DNA of 63,643 bases, the filler included, from Octopus bimaculoides (lineage: Eukaryota), in the NCBI RefSeq assembly GCF_001194135.2. It is 6 parts of 5 records of this genome, joined end to end, with 100 filler letters (N's around TTAATTAATTAA, not from the genome) between each part and the next. Parts side by side here need not be neighbours in the genome. Positions count along the whole stretch, not along the records: positions 46,930 to 55,425 come from NC_068982.1; positions 55,526 to 63,643 come from NC_068995.1; 4 more parts are not named here. The stretch is one strand, 5' to 3'. The translations under genes were made by a program, and so were the position numbers. Of the stretch, positions 50,581 to 63,643 are shown in pieces (the first letter of the stretch is position 1; the number at the start of each line of letters is the position of its first letter). Below the pieces are notes generated by a model, which was not told the origin of the DNA, searched no databases, and saw only the letters and a program-made list of their open reading frames with translations.

Positions 50581-50904
50581 TTAGAACACGCATTCACGGC
50601 CCCTTTACAGCTTCAACCGAGAATTAAAATCACTTTACATATTTTATGTAAGAAAGGTAACATGTTAAGCAGAGAGCTTGCATGATATCTTTCGTGTTAA
50701 ATCAGAAGAGACATATTTCTTGTGATTAGACGCAATGATGTTAACACAGTATATGTTTACTAGTGTTGCTGTTGATATTATTGTGAACCGTTTCATAGGA
50801 CTGAGATTATTATTGAAAAACATACAAATAACAATATCTTACATTGATATGAGGTGCAGCGTGTAGGTGAGAGTTGTAATTAATTGAATCGACCTTTAGT
50901 ACAT

Positions 50905-51117
50905 AAGGTGGCAGAGCTGGCGGAATCGTTAAGCACGCCGGACAAAATGCTAAGCTGCATTTCGTCCGTCCTTACATTCTGAGTTCATGTTCCGCTGAGA
51001 TCGACTTTGCCTTTCATTCATTCGGTGTCGATAAAATAAGTACCAGTTGAGCACTGTGATTGATGTAATCGATTTACCCCTCCCCGAACTTGCTGGCTTT
51101 GTGCCAAATTTGAAACG
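50905..51117 (+). mobile_element. SINE family C, near full length
   Basis: Head ggtggcagagctggcggaatcgtta and core gatcgactttgcctttcattcattcggtgtcgataaaataagtaccagtt. Confidence 0.85.
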
Positions 51118-51369
51118 AATATGTACATGTTTTTGTTTTGCTTTTTATCATTAAGAAATTATAGGCAAACACACGCCTACTGGAATTTGAACTGAGATTG
51201 GCAAGACTAAATATTGTAAAACTCTATCTCAGCTTATCAAGCGAATAAAATACTTCTTTTATTTACTTCTACAAAACTCGAGAAGATAGAATTAAATATG
51301 TCAAGAAAACTAAGTGAGCTTTTAGACAGAAATAATCTTTGTTGCAATTCCTGAGACCAGTATTAGATT

Positions 51370-53985
51370 TACCAGTCAGTCATTTCTTCCGCACGTGTTT
51401 AAGATTCCAGAAACAGATGACCTGTTGACACTAAACTTTATTTCGGTTCCTTCAACAGACCAAAGTAGCAGGAATTCTAACACACTTTTAGACTCATAGT
51501 CACATAACACCACATATGCACGTCACTAGCACCCAGTTTCTCGTTTTCTAAAGCTATGTTACACTACCTCCCAAAACCGATTTAACCCTCTATATACGTC
51601 AACAATTAAACAGAAGCTACAAGAGGTACTCAGTAAGCTGCTAATTATGATCATTATCTTCAATCAAAGAGATCCGTAACCACATCTTACAATAATCTAA
51701 TAATTAGATAATCAAAATATCTGGCATCCATTATCAACGACATTATCAACATATTTCGCCAAAATAGAAAGCTTTACCACACTTTTTCACCTCCTTACAA
51801 TTATTTTAATTTCACTACCCACACATACACATACTCTGTTGCACAGCATATCAGACTACACTATACCTTATTATATGGTGCTATATAATATTATAACTTA
51901 TACACCACACTGCCATCTTCAGATACATACTTTGTAAAATAATCTACTACTTGATGCTGTTTTAAGTGTTACTTCGAGATTGAAATTCCGGTCATCTTGT
52001 CAACCTCAGCCTATTTAGAGTGGGATGTTGTTTACAGAAGCCACCCTGGTGGAGCAGATCTATGATTAAAGGCATTTCAGCCATGAACTCATCGCCTTCT
52101 TACGTGTAATTAGGACTACCTAATCCAATGTATTCTTTTTTCTACCAAGTTGTATTCTGAAGGAAAGTTAGCTGATATTTCTAATTGATAAACAAATCAC
52201 GGAAGGACTCCCTCATTGGCTCATTTCCCACCAAAACTATTGGACGACTTCAAAATGAATATTGCAGACTAAGGAAACATATTTGAATTGTACTTACTTG
52301 TCAGACCGAGACAGTCGGAACTGTTATAAATATATTTCGCTTAATATAGATGTCACAGAAGAATGTGTATTAGAAATATTACTATTCCCTGTTTCATCTA
52401 ATGCTGATGTTACTAACCATGCATTCACACATTGTAACTGTCAGTTTCTGTAATACTGATGCCATTAGCCCATGTATCACAAATGTTACTGTTTCATTTA
52501 TTCTTAATGACACAGATCCCTTTATTCTTGATGTCACTCATGTATCACAGGGACTACTGACACTTGTATTACGGATATATTACCTATAACTGACATATGC
52601 ATTACGGCCCCAAGAAATACAAATGTCACTATGCGATATGGTACAGCTGTCACTATGCCATGAGTTACAAATGTCACATTATCATTTACTAAAAACTACG
52701 ACTTTGACGGTTTTTACGCAGCACTGCAACCAAACTGGAAGACTTTTACTCAACACCACAACACCCCTAACGCTATCATCCCAAATAGAAAGGACGTCCC
52801 AGCACATTGCTCAGTGCTTAACTTCTGTCTTACAAACTGCATCCGATTATTGGTCCTTTGCCAAATGGATCTCTACCAACTTTACAGACTTCACTCTCTT
52901 TCTCTCCTTTTTACAAAGACGATTGTTCTGTAAGCCGTTCCTGCAGGGAAAGATTCTACATTTGTTACTCCTTTGTATCCTATTCCACATTGTATGTATT
53001 AGGTAAAACTTTTCCAAAACTATCTCTTTGCATTCCATCAAACTCACCAGCACATATACTCAAAGTATGAAAAGACTTCCAGACACTTCAACCCAATAGG
53101 GCCAACGTCCGTGACAATATACTTTCCAGTTTCTTCAAGTAATGCATATCAGAGCTAGTCTCTATCCTCGCTAAACCCTTCTTTCTCTCTCACTAAAAGA
53201 TATATTCCGATTTTAGAAATATTCTACAATGTAATTACGAAGTGGGAGCGCTAAGCAGTGATGTGTATAAATGCAATGTTATTAACAATTCGAATATGCA
53301 TATTCCCACCTCGTAATTTACTTACGGTCGGCCGCCGACTAGCGTTACTAGCCGACGTACGACGACTGGAATAACAAGAGAGATTCTCTCTCTTCCCAAA
53401 CATTCTGCACCCAAGTACCTCCACAAGCAACTTCGACATCTCATACCAAACCTACACTGTTTCTATGAACAGAGACATCGAACACATCCCCTAATGAGGT
53501 CAAACCAATCTTATCTCCTCTAACAGTAGAAAGACACAGTCATTGCTTGTATCAAAGAAAGATGACTTTCCCTCTCCCATACATGAATAACATGCAACTA
53601 GAGCTCTTTTGGTTGCTACAAATGCTGGGCCTCTTCATCACCAAGGATCCCTCCTAGCGAACACACATACTCATCGTAGCAAATAACTGCATATTAAAGG
53701 CCAGCCTTCCTCTTTAAGTTCAGAAAAGTTTTAAACTACCAACCATCTACAAAACTTAGGTACGACCTACAATGGACTACTGTTCCTACATCTGGGACAG
53801 TGCTGTTGCTGCACACGCTGACATTCAAGACTACCTCAAGAAATATACTCGACTGACCGATATGAAGTTTCTCTCTAACATACGTTAGTCTATAGATATT
53901 CTCGATTCTCTCTCTGTCTTTCCAACCACACTCCTACAGAGGCCAGTGTTCCTCGGTATTCACAGATCTCGAGTGCCATCTCTAC

Positions 53986-54074
<89 letters not shown>

Positions 54075-54240
54075 TGCTACATATATTTTGTGCTTTTCCC
54101 TACTCCAAGCTCTGCACTAGCTACTACACCTAGTCCTACTATCCCATGACGTCAGTCTTTGGAATTACCTTCCTGCGTACATTTTTCTTACAGCTATCAA
54201 CTTACGATTGTTCAAGAGGAACGTTAAATTAATTATTCTC
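51370..54240 (+). mobile_element. Heavily decayed APE-type LINE ORF2 (CR1/Jockey/I-like group) with later insertions
   Basis: Fragments: YWSFAKWISTNF, FSPFYKDDCSV...STLYVLGKTFP...PAHILKV, CISELVSILAKPF (pre-RT), YKT*VRPTMDYCSYIW, and a 3' region resembling LWNxLP...FKRNV. Confidence 0.7.
53989..54073. repeat. (CT)n microsatellite
   Basis: Directly visible. Confidence 0.95.
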
Positions 54241-54349
54241 GTTGGTCTCTAAGGATCTGCGAAAAATCATGAGCACATTCCTTCCACTAGATTAATCCAA
54301 TGAAAATTTAAATTACCGATGTCATTGCCGTAGGTAATACAAACTTTAC

Positions 54350-55185
54350 TCAAGCATGTTATACAGATGTCACTGTAGCATGTACAGCATGTATTACAGA
54401 TGTTATTGTAACATGAAATACAGATATCAGTGTAGCATATATTGCAGATGTCTCTAGCATGTATTACGGATGTTACTGTAGCTTTTTTTCATACAAATGT
54501 CATTGTTGCATATTATACAGATGTTACTACAGATGTCGTGAAGGCGCAATAGCCCAGTGGTTAGGACAGCGGACTCGCGGTCATAGGATCGTGGTTTCGA
54601 TTCCCAACCGGGCGTTGTGAGTGTTTATTGAGCGAAAACACCTAAAAGCTCCACGAGGCTCCGGCAGGGGGTGGTGGCGAACCCTGCTGTACTCTTTCAC
54701 CACAACTTTCTCTCACTCTTTCTTCCTGTTTCTGCTGTGCCTGTAATTCAAAGGGTCAGCCTTGTCACACTGTGTCACGCTAAATATCCCCGAGAACTAC
54801 GTTAGGGGTACACGTGTCTGTGGAGTGCTCAGCCACTTGCACGTTAATTTCACGAGCAGGCTGTTCCGTTGATCGGATCAACTGGAACCTTCGACGGCGT
54901 AAGCGACTGAGTGCCAACAACAACAACTACAGATGTCACCGTATCATGTATTACAGATACAATTGTAGTATTATCACATGTTCTTTCTTGTAGTATGTAT
55001 CACATGTTACTGAAGCATGTTTTCCAGATGTCACCAGCATGTTTTCCAGATGTCACCAGCATGTATTACAGAAGTCTATGGCATGTATTACTGATGTCAC
55101 TATGGCATGTACTCCAGATATCACTATAGCATGTATTACACTGCAGAATTGTATTACAGATGTCATTGTAGCATGTTGTAAAGAT
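54350..55185. repeat. Degenerate ~24-bp minisatellite (catgtattacagatgtcactgtag) split by a SINE; related tract at ~52330-52690
   Basis: Recurring acagatgtcact and gcatgtatt motifs at ~22-25-bp spacing. Confidence 0.8.
54538..54925 (+). mobile_element. tRNA-derived SINE family A, complete
   Basis: A box tagcccagtgg, B box ggtttcgattccc, ggacTCG anticodon-like arm (tRNA-Arg-like), (CAA)n tail, and 12-bp TSD actacagatgtc (54526-54537 / 54926-54937). Confidence 0.92.
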
Positions 55186-55537
55186 ATCAAATACATCGTC
55201 CTTACTTCCTTCACTCTATGAAGGAAATACATTCCCTAGTCATTTATGTACAACAAACAAGCCAGTCAATTCAAAATAGATGACAACAAGCTTTGGTATA
55301 TGCAAAAATACTTTATGGGGTTCGAATACCATTTCCACTATTACGCCTACTATCAGTAACAGCAAAAACAACTCAAGCAGCACCAAAAACAGAAACATCA
55401 TCAATAACATTGACCAATTCATATCNNNNNNNNNNNNNNNNNNNNNNNNNNNNNNNNNNNNNNNNNNNNTTAATTAATTAANNNNNNNNNNNNNNNNNNN
55501 NNNNNNNNNNNNNNNNNNNNNNNNNCTCTTCCGATCT

Positions 55538-55595
<58 letters not shown>

Positions 55596-56119
55596 CATAC
55601 ATACATACATACATAGTGATATAGATGAGAGTGTGCGTATACGTGTGTGTGCGTACACGCGTGTGTGCATGTGTGTGTATGTGTGTGTGTGTGCGTGTGT
55701 GTGGCGCGTGCGTAGTGGCAGGAATACTGACATCTAGTAAGCTGTATATACGCCCTCATCCAGTGTCCGATCATTGCTGACCTAAGCTCAACAGCTGTCT
55801 TTCCCATCCAGTGCAACATCTGTTCTAAGTGTAATCTCGGTGCATTCGTCTGCCGTCACGAGATCAGGCAGTCTATTTCTGTACATAATGGCTGAGCAAT
55901 CGAAATACGCTATTCCATTGTAGAATACTGAAAGCAATAATATTCGACAGTCGTCCTCTCGTCCACTTTCCCCAACAAATGCTACATCAAGAGAAAACTA
56001 AATGCGCAAAGTGTATTGAGTAGATTTTATCGGGACACATGACCCAAGTATATAGGTTTAGTCTTCGAGTGACCCTGTAAGACGATAGGTATCTGGAAGT
56101 GAGCTTTTGTCCTTGATAG

Positions 56120-56436
56120 CGTATCCAGAATATTCCATCTGCAAATAATATTTAATACTTTCAAACAGATGTCTTCTATAACGCATTTTAAAACGCATTT
56201 GTTCGCTACTTCTGTATATCCACTATTGACGTTTCTGCGTAATTTTCATTTTGTATAATAATTGCCATACGTATTGTACATTCTGTCCTTCATAGTCAAC
56301 GTATCCTGGGTATTTCATCTACAAATAATATTTAATACTTTCAGAGAGAAGTCTTCTATAACGCATTTTAAAACCCATTTGTTCGCTACTTCTGTATATT
56401 CACTATTGATGTTTCTGCTTAATTTTCATTTTGTTT
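56120..56436. repeat. Diverged tandem duplication, period 180 bp
   Basis: caaataatatttaatactttca...gtcttctataacgcattttaaaac...ttgttcgctacttctgtatat occurs at ~56131-56256 and ~56311-56436. Confidence 0.9.
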
Positions 56437-56888
56437 CTCCAAACTCTAGTATTATAATTGCCATAAGTATTGTATATTTGTTACAATGGCTACTTGTCTG
56501 ATTTAACTTTCCAATCCGTTTTGTCTTGTCACTAACCTCTGTCGAGCCATCTGCTTATATTCTTCGCACGTTTGTTCTTTTGCAATACGTAAGACGTAGA
56601 TATAATAAAAATAATAGAACGACTTCGAGATAATATATGAATATATAATCTCCTTAGATATTTTAATTTCAACTTCGCCGAAGATATTCATCTTAAATCG
56701 TCAACAAACTGCTCTAGATCTCTTGTTCTCCTATCGTAAACTCCATATTCCATCATGGATACAGGATATTATCTGGCATTGAAGAANNNNNNNNNNNNNN
56801 NNNNNNNNNNNNNNNNNNNNNNNNNNNNNNNNNNNNNNNNNNNNNNNNNNNNNNNNNNNNNNNNNNNNNNNNNNNNNNNNNNNNNNNN

Positions 56889-56924
<36 letters not shown>

Positions 56925-57021
56925 TGAAAAAATATATATTATATATTATATGTAGACATATGTATATATATTATATGTAGGTATACACACACACACACGC
57001 ACGCGCGCGCGCACACACACA

Positions 57022-57063
<42 letters not shown>

Positions 57064-57727
57064 AGATGCTACAAATGTTAAGCATTGAATTCCTAAATTC
57101 CCCGCAAATTGTGATTGTATAAGCAGCCGCATTGTTTTTGTTTTTGTTTCTTTGGTTGTGTTTTTGTTTTCTTTTGTNNNNNNNNNNNNNNNNNNNNNNN
57201 NNNNNNNNNNNNNNNNNNNNNNNNNNNNNNNNNNNNNNNNNNNNNNNNNNNNNNNNNNNNNNNNNNNNNNNNNNNNNNNNNNNNNNNNNNNNNNNNNNNN
57301 NNNNNNNNNNNNNNNNNNNNNNNNNNNNNNNNNNNNNNNNNNNNNNNNNNNNNNNNNNNNNNNNNNNNNNNNNNNNNNNNNNNNNNNNNNNNNNNNNNNN
57401 NNNNNNNNNNNNNNNNNNNNNNNNNNNNNNNNNNNNNNNNNNNNNNNNNNNNNNNNNNNNNNNNNNNNNNNNNNNNNNNNNNNNNNNNNNNNNNNNNNNN
57501 NNNNNNNNNNNNNNNNNNNNNNNNNNNNNNNNNNNNNNNNNNNNNNNNNNNNNNNNNNNNNNNNNNNNNNNNNNNNNNNNNNNNNNNNNNNNNNNNNNNN
57601 NNNNAATATTCATGGTGTTTTAGGAGGTGATCGATTCATCACCTGTACTACTACAAGAAAAAAGATATTATCATTATTGTTTTACTTCTTATAGCGCTCG
57701 TTTGTTCTTATAGATTCTTTTTTTTTC

Positions 57728-57942
57728 TTCTTTTCTACTCTAGGCACAAAGCACGAATTTTGGTGGGAGGGGCCAGTCAATTAGATCCACCCCAGTACGT
57801 AACTGGTACTTAATTTATCAACCCCGAAAAGATGAAAGACAAAATCAACCTCGCCGGAATTTGAACTCAGAACGTGAAGACAGACGAAATACCGCTAAGC
57901 ATTTCCCCCGGCGTGCTAACGTTTTTGCCAGCAGGCCGCCTT
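57728..57942 (-). mobile_element. SINE family C, full length
   Basis: Reverse complement of the family C consensus, from tail ttcttttctactctaggcac to head ...gccagcaggccgcctt. Confidence 0.88.
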
Positions 57943-58744
57943 TGCTCCGATTGATTCTGCGAGAGCAGACAGCAGCTTGCTGTCAGAAGTCTCAAAGGGT
58001 CTCTTTCTGACATCCAAGATATCTAGTAATTCTTCATGTCGTCTTCATATTACTGATATATTCTTTCTTATATTTCTTGTATTATAATCTGTACAGTTAT
58101 TCTCACAACACATATAGTATCTCACAGATAATTCACAAATCATATTTTTATGAAATTTTACTCACAAAACAACGAAAGCTGACTCAGATTTATTAAATGA
58201 ATTTTATTTCTTTCCAGCTTAACGTTCTTGTTTGTTTTTGTTTTTTTTTTCTTTTCGTCCCGTGGGAATCTGTTGTATTTTTGACTTCAATTCAACACGT
58301 GATATTTAACTCAGCACTGCGCCAAATGCTGCTCATCAACATAACAAGTCATTACGCTTAGTTATTTTGTATTTGATTATTTTCATTCCTTTGTTTTATT
58401 TCTCTAATTTAATTTTTCTTTTGTTTGTTTGTTTCCAAGAAAGCATGAAAGTTTTCTTACTGCCATTTCCATTCCTCTTAATCATGGTAATTTAGTTCCG
58501 TAACGCATCTTTATTCCGGCAAGATTCCTCATGCGGTTATATTCTTGCGCTGATATCTCTAAGCTTTCTACAACCAGTAATCTTTATTAACAACGAATGT
58601 TTATTTTTTTTTTTCTTTATATATGTTATTATTTTGTTTTTTCGTCGTTCCATTTCTCCTTTGTCGCTATTGTCTTAATACAGAGTTTTCTTTCCAAACA
58701 AGTTTAATAATTGTGATGTTGTTGTTGTTAGAAAACTTATTATC

Positions 58745-58746
58745 GA

Positions 58747-58795
<49 letters not shown>

Positions 58796-58883
58796 GCTAT
58801 TACTAGTATTAGTATTAGTATTACCTTCACCATTGTTGTTGCTGTTGGTAGCGGAGGTGATGGGTTGCCGATGCTGCTGTTAC

Positions 58884-58917
<34 letters not shown>

Positions 58918-58955
58918 GTTGTTGTTATTGTTGTTGTTGTTGTTGTTGTTGTTAT
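58745..58955. repeat. Compound (TTA)n/(TTG)n microsatellite
   Basis: Directly visible. Confidence 0.9.
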
Positions 58956-59644
58956 TTTGAGAGAGTCGTGCGTGTTTTCGTTAGCTCTTCCATATCGTGG
59001 ATTTTTAGCAGGTGAAACTACGCGGAAAAAAAAAAAAAACATTTTTTAATGCAGAACTTCTAAAAGTAGAGGTAAGAATTAAATTGTTTGCATTCATTCT
59101 TCTACACTTGGACTAATAAATGAAAAAAAAAAGAAAGCTTACAAAAACTAAATTCCAAACATTTGTTTCTTGTTTTCTAACACTTGTAAACAAGAAAAAA
59201 TGGTCACAGCATTTACAAATGCCTCTCCCTTCAAGAAAACTTTAATCAGAGATCAAAAGCGTTTCTACATACAATACACAGAAGAAGACTAAATGCATTC
59301 AATTCTTCACTTTAATTCACAAAAAGTAAATGAATTTACTGAAGAAAATCATATATTTTCAAATAATTTCAATAGCTCGATTTATGATATCAAAATTTGT
59401 AGCAACAGCAAACACCCACACGTTTCAAAAGACAAAGGATTGAGTGGGAATTTCGGAATTTAAAAGATCGAATGTGTTGCCAATTATGACTCGTTCGCTG
59501 AAAGTAGCATATACGGCATAGAATTTCGCATAAATTAACTTTGGATGAAAAGCATTTGTCTGCGAGAACTCTGTGACAAATGTCTATACATGAGCTGTAT
59601 AGATTAACTAATGATCAATTAAGCCATAATTGAAGACAGCCGCC

Positions 59645-60365
59645 GATCTACTACTGAAAGTCTGTTGGTAGCATCGCCCACACATGCATCTTAGAAGCAC
59701 TAACCATGAACAAGGTAGCACTAATAATCATAAAATATATTAGACACTCTATGAAAAAAAATGGCAGACAATGCTACAGCTCCAAACAAAAGAGGGACTC
59801 GTGAAAACCGAAGCCATCCCTATTAGAGGAAGAATATTCCAGGGAGACACGATCTCTCTCAACTCCTTTTCTGCTTGGCACTGACACCTTTATCTGACGT
59901 GCTAAACAGAACTGGATGCGGATACAAATGTTGGGGCAAAATAATCAGCCACCTCTTATATATGGATGACCTAAAACTGTACGCTAAAAGCAGACCATGA
60001 TAAAACGATGGCAAGAATAGTTCCTTCATGGCAAATACTGGGCTAAACTAAACGCAAAAGGAATAGACAAAGCAAAATCCCAGCAATGGCTGAGAAACTC
60101 AGGACTGAAAGCAGAGATTGACGGATTTTTAATTGCAGCACAAGACCAAAGCGTCCCCGACAGAAATTTTCCAAAAACATAGAATGAAAAGAAACATAAG
60201 TAACTGCAGAATATATGGAGATGGACAAGAAATAATAAATCATATTGTGTGTATGATTAAAACAACATTCAGACAGATGCATAACAAAAACACCAGGACT
60301 AACAAATATCTATAACATACAGAAAATAGCACTACTAGACGATGCACACATCCTAAAACAAATAT
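59645..60365 (+). mobile_element. Internally deleted R4/Dong-like non-LTR retrotransposon (RT, zinc-finger remnant, C-terminus)
   Basis: KWQTMLQL...GRIFQGDT...LFCLALTPLS...ISHLLYMDDLKLYAK (RT catalytic YMDD), HGKYW...SQQWLRNSGLKAEIDGFLIAAQDQS, CRIYGDGQEIINHIV and IQKIALL...AHIL. Confidence 0.9.
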
Positions 60366-60654
60366 AAATACCTATCGGCTCCAGATATCCGGAAATACTG
60401 AGGCGTCTACGATATAAATTCATATATATTAGCCAGACAAATCCGCGATGGACTGAGCGCGCAATAGGTAAACCGCGATATGATTACTGTATATATACAC
60501 AATTGCATACATACAAACAGTAGTCACAAGTTTGTATGTATACTTATATATNNNNNNNNNNNNNNNNNNNNNNNNNNNNNNNNNNNNNNNNNNNNNNNNN
60601 NNNNNNNNNNNNNNNNTATATATATATATATATATGGAAGATGATTTTGGGTGA

Positions 60655-61545
60655 TGGACAGAAGATTGAAGTCTTCCACCAACCAGCCCCTCAGGAAGAG
60701 TATCGCCTGCCCCACATCACCATTGGCGAAAGAGAACTGAAGTCGGTACAGTAGCTCACTTATCTTCGTTGTACCATTTCATTAGATGCGAGTATCGACA
60801 AAAAAATTGACAACATTGCTGCAAAAGCAAAGAAAATTATTTGTCAGACTGTACAAGCGTGTGTGCTACAACAAGTATCTTAGGATCAATACAATAGGCA
60901 CCGTCTACAGGGCTGCATCCTCGCCACGCTCCTATATGGCTCTGAGTCCTGGGCCTTCTATTGCTGTCATCTGAGGGCACTTGAACGTTTTCACCAACGC
61001 TGCCTGCATAGTATCCCTAATGTTTACTGGAGCGACTATATCAACAAAACTGAAGTCCTCGAGCGAACAAAGACCACCAGCCTGGAAGCCATTTTACTTC
61101 AGACATGACTGCAATAGGCAGGGCAGGTTAAAAGAATGAAAGACGTGTTCACCGCCAACCCACGATCGTCATGTAGAGTGAGTTCATCACTGGTCACTGC
61201 AACAGGACAGCACCAAGGAAGCGTTGCAAGGACTGCCTAAAGCAGTGCCTTAGCGTTTGTGACGTTGATTATCGTGAGTGGTCCACTGTAACAACTGATC
61301 GCGTCGCTTGGCGCCATAACATCAGCGATTTTGTTTCCTCATTTGAGATCTCTCGTAGTTCCCTACTTAAAGGCAGACGTCAGAGGCGAAAATATAATGC
61401 AGCTGCATCATCAGACCCTGAAAAACCAAATCCCTATCATGACTGCAATGTCGATCCCACAATGGCCTCATCAGCCACGAACGTGCGTGCAGACGATGGG
61501 GACAACACCCAGCCTAAACTTCGTCACTGGAGTGATGCCATGATA
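60655..61545 (+). mobile_element. 5'-truncated RTE-clade LINE, decayed
   Basis: EVFHQPAP...LLYGSESW...LERFHQRCL...PRKR.KDCLK...DRVAWR...GLISHERAC are typical of the RTE C-terminal half. The element ends before (TG)n. Confidence 0.92.
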
Positions 61546-61601
<56 letters not shown>

Positions 61602-62899
61602 ATGGCTGTTAGTAAATGTATATGTGTAAGTAAGTTTGTGTGACTTTCAGTGAATGTGCGTGACACTGTGTGTGACTCTGAATGAGCGCTTTCACCAGAA
61701 TTGTTGCAGAAGACATTCCTAACGTTTAAACAAAATGGCGGCAGGAAACACAAAACATTAGAAACATTTCAGGAGCAGAATATATGTGCAGAGGGGTGAG
61801 AGAAAGAAAGGGGACGAGATGGAGGGAGAGAAAGAAAGGGGACGAGATGGAGGGAGAGAAAGGGTAAGCCAAGGAATAGACATAGTGAAAGTGAAGATAC
61901 CAGCGAAAGATAGAGCTAGGATTATATATATGCACACTCACAGATACACACGCGCACACACACATGCACACACACAAACACACGCGCGCGCACATATATA
62001 TATATATATATATATAAGCATACNNNNNNNNNNNNNNNNNNNNNNNNNNNNNNNNNNNNNNNNNNNNNNNNNNNNNNNNNNNNNNNNNNNNNNNNNNNNN
62101 NNNNNNNNNNNNNNNNNNNNNNNNNNNNNNNNNNNNNNNNNNNNNNNNNNNNNNNNNNNNNNNNNNNNNNNNNNNNNNNNNNNNNNNNNNNNNNNNNNNN
62201 NNNNNNNNNNNNNNNNNNNNNNNNNNNNNNNNNNNNNNNNNNNNNNNNNNNNNNNNNNNNNNNNNNNNNNNNNNNNNNNNNNNNNNNNNNNNNNNNNNNN
62301 NNNNNNNNNNNNNNNNNNNNNNNNNNNNNNNNNNNNNNNNNNNNNNNNNNNNNNNNNNNNNNNNNNNNNNNNNNNNNNNNNNNNNNNNNNNNNNNNNNNN
62401 NNNNNNNNNNNNNNNNNNNNNNNNNNNNNNNNNNNNNNNNNNNNNNNNNNNNNNTATATGTATATGTATGTATATATACACATACATATACATGCATCTA
62501 TGTATAGAGAGATAAAGGGGCAAGAAAGGAGGGAGAGGGGAGTAGGGAGAGTTCGAGAACTTTCGAAAAAAGATTAAGAGAATGAAGAGATTGTAATTCT
62601 ACTAAAATAGTATATAGGATTTTAAATCATTTGTTTTTTATTTCTGCTATTTCTGCAATTCTGCTTATTGCTGAATGCAGAGATACAGAAATTGAAAAAA
62701 AAAAAAGGAAAAAAATAAAACATTTACTTCTTTTCCTTGTTTTTGATGATTTTTTTTTCATCTTGGGTCAATATATGTGTCGTGCTGAATACTGTATAGA
62801 TACGGGTCAAAAAATAGAAGTATAATTTTATTTAAATGTTATTTATGTCCATCATTAGACGATTCATTTGATTTTTCTTACTAAGTAACATGGTTCAAA

Positions 62900-63156
62900 T
62901 TTTGAAATTAGAAAAAAATATATATCTATAGACATGTGATCGCATATATATGTGTATATATCGATAGATATGTGATCGTATACATCTATATATCTATATA
63001 TATACATATATATCTAAATATATATATGTATGTACGTATAGATATGCATATGTACATATATATGCTTATATAAATACATGCTTATATATACATAGATATA
63101 TACATATATATATATATATGTATATATATACATATATATAAACACATATGTATAAA

Positions 63157-63213
<57 letters not shown>

Positions 63214-63643
63214 GTGTGTTTATATATATATATATATGTTTATATATATATATATGTGTGGGTATAGATATATTCATATGAATATATATATATATACCTA
63301 TATACGGATGTGTGTATGTGTGTGTATATATATACATATATATGTTAGTGTCTATGTATATGTGCTTGCGTGCCATATGTAAGTTTGTGCATGCAAAGAA
63401 ATTATGTAACTATCTACATATATATAGTCACCTATAACCTTATGTAAGTGTATACATATATAGATCGTGTCTGTATGAGTGTAAATATATCGATATACAG
63501 AGAGAGAGAAAGAGAATGACACTCACACATACCCAGGCATATAGACTGACGGATACACACATATACAAATACTCAAACACGCACACACATATATTCATAC
63601 AAACACACATACACGTACATTTATATATACATGCGTATATATA
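62900..63643. repeat. (TA)n / (CATA)n / (CA)n low-complexity region
   Basis: Directly visible. Confidence 0.9.

Noticed and set aside
54541-54612. tRNA gene at SINE heads (also 4992, 10378, 30397, 43604)
   Set aside because: A/B boxes are present, but the sequence continues into a shared SINE body with tail and TSDs, and there is no complete cloverleaf acceptor stem.

Overview
AT-rich, microsatellite-dense, gappy eukaryotic sequence. The SINE families and repeat style point to a coleoid cephalopod, most likely Octopus (inference). No intact host gene could be named. Most of the window is layered transposon debris. It holds a frameshifted Helitron Rep/Helicase (35.5-39.7 kb) and a separate Helitron-type 23-aa-repeat remnant (3.5-4.2 kb). 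LINE remnants include RTE, R4/Dong-like RLE and APE-type elements. There are also Tc1 and mariner remnants, an LTR with a tRNA-Trp-like primer-binding site, three tRNA-derived SINE families and many fold-back MITE-like elements. The most unusual items are: (i) a 441-codon, frameshift-free gag/ORF1-like reading frame with a decayed CCHC knuckle, no visible RT, and an upstream duplicate of its own internal segment (40.8-42.5 kb); (ii) a ~180-bp element with outward-facing (CCCTAA)n/(TTAGGG)n tracts, 14-bp inverted ends and a GC-rich 3' hairpin, nested in a mariner MITE (43.96-44.14 kb); (iii) a phase-compatible chain of small minus-strand exon candidates suggesting the window is mostly intron, including a possible in-frame exonised SINE. 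All family assignments come from motif recognition by eye; no searches were run.
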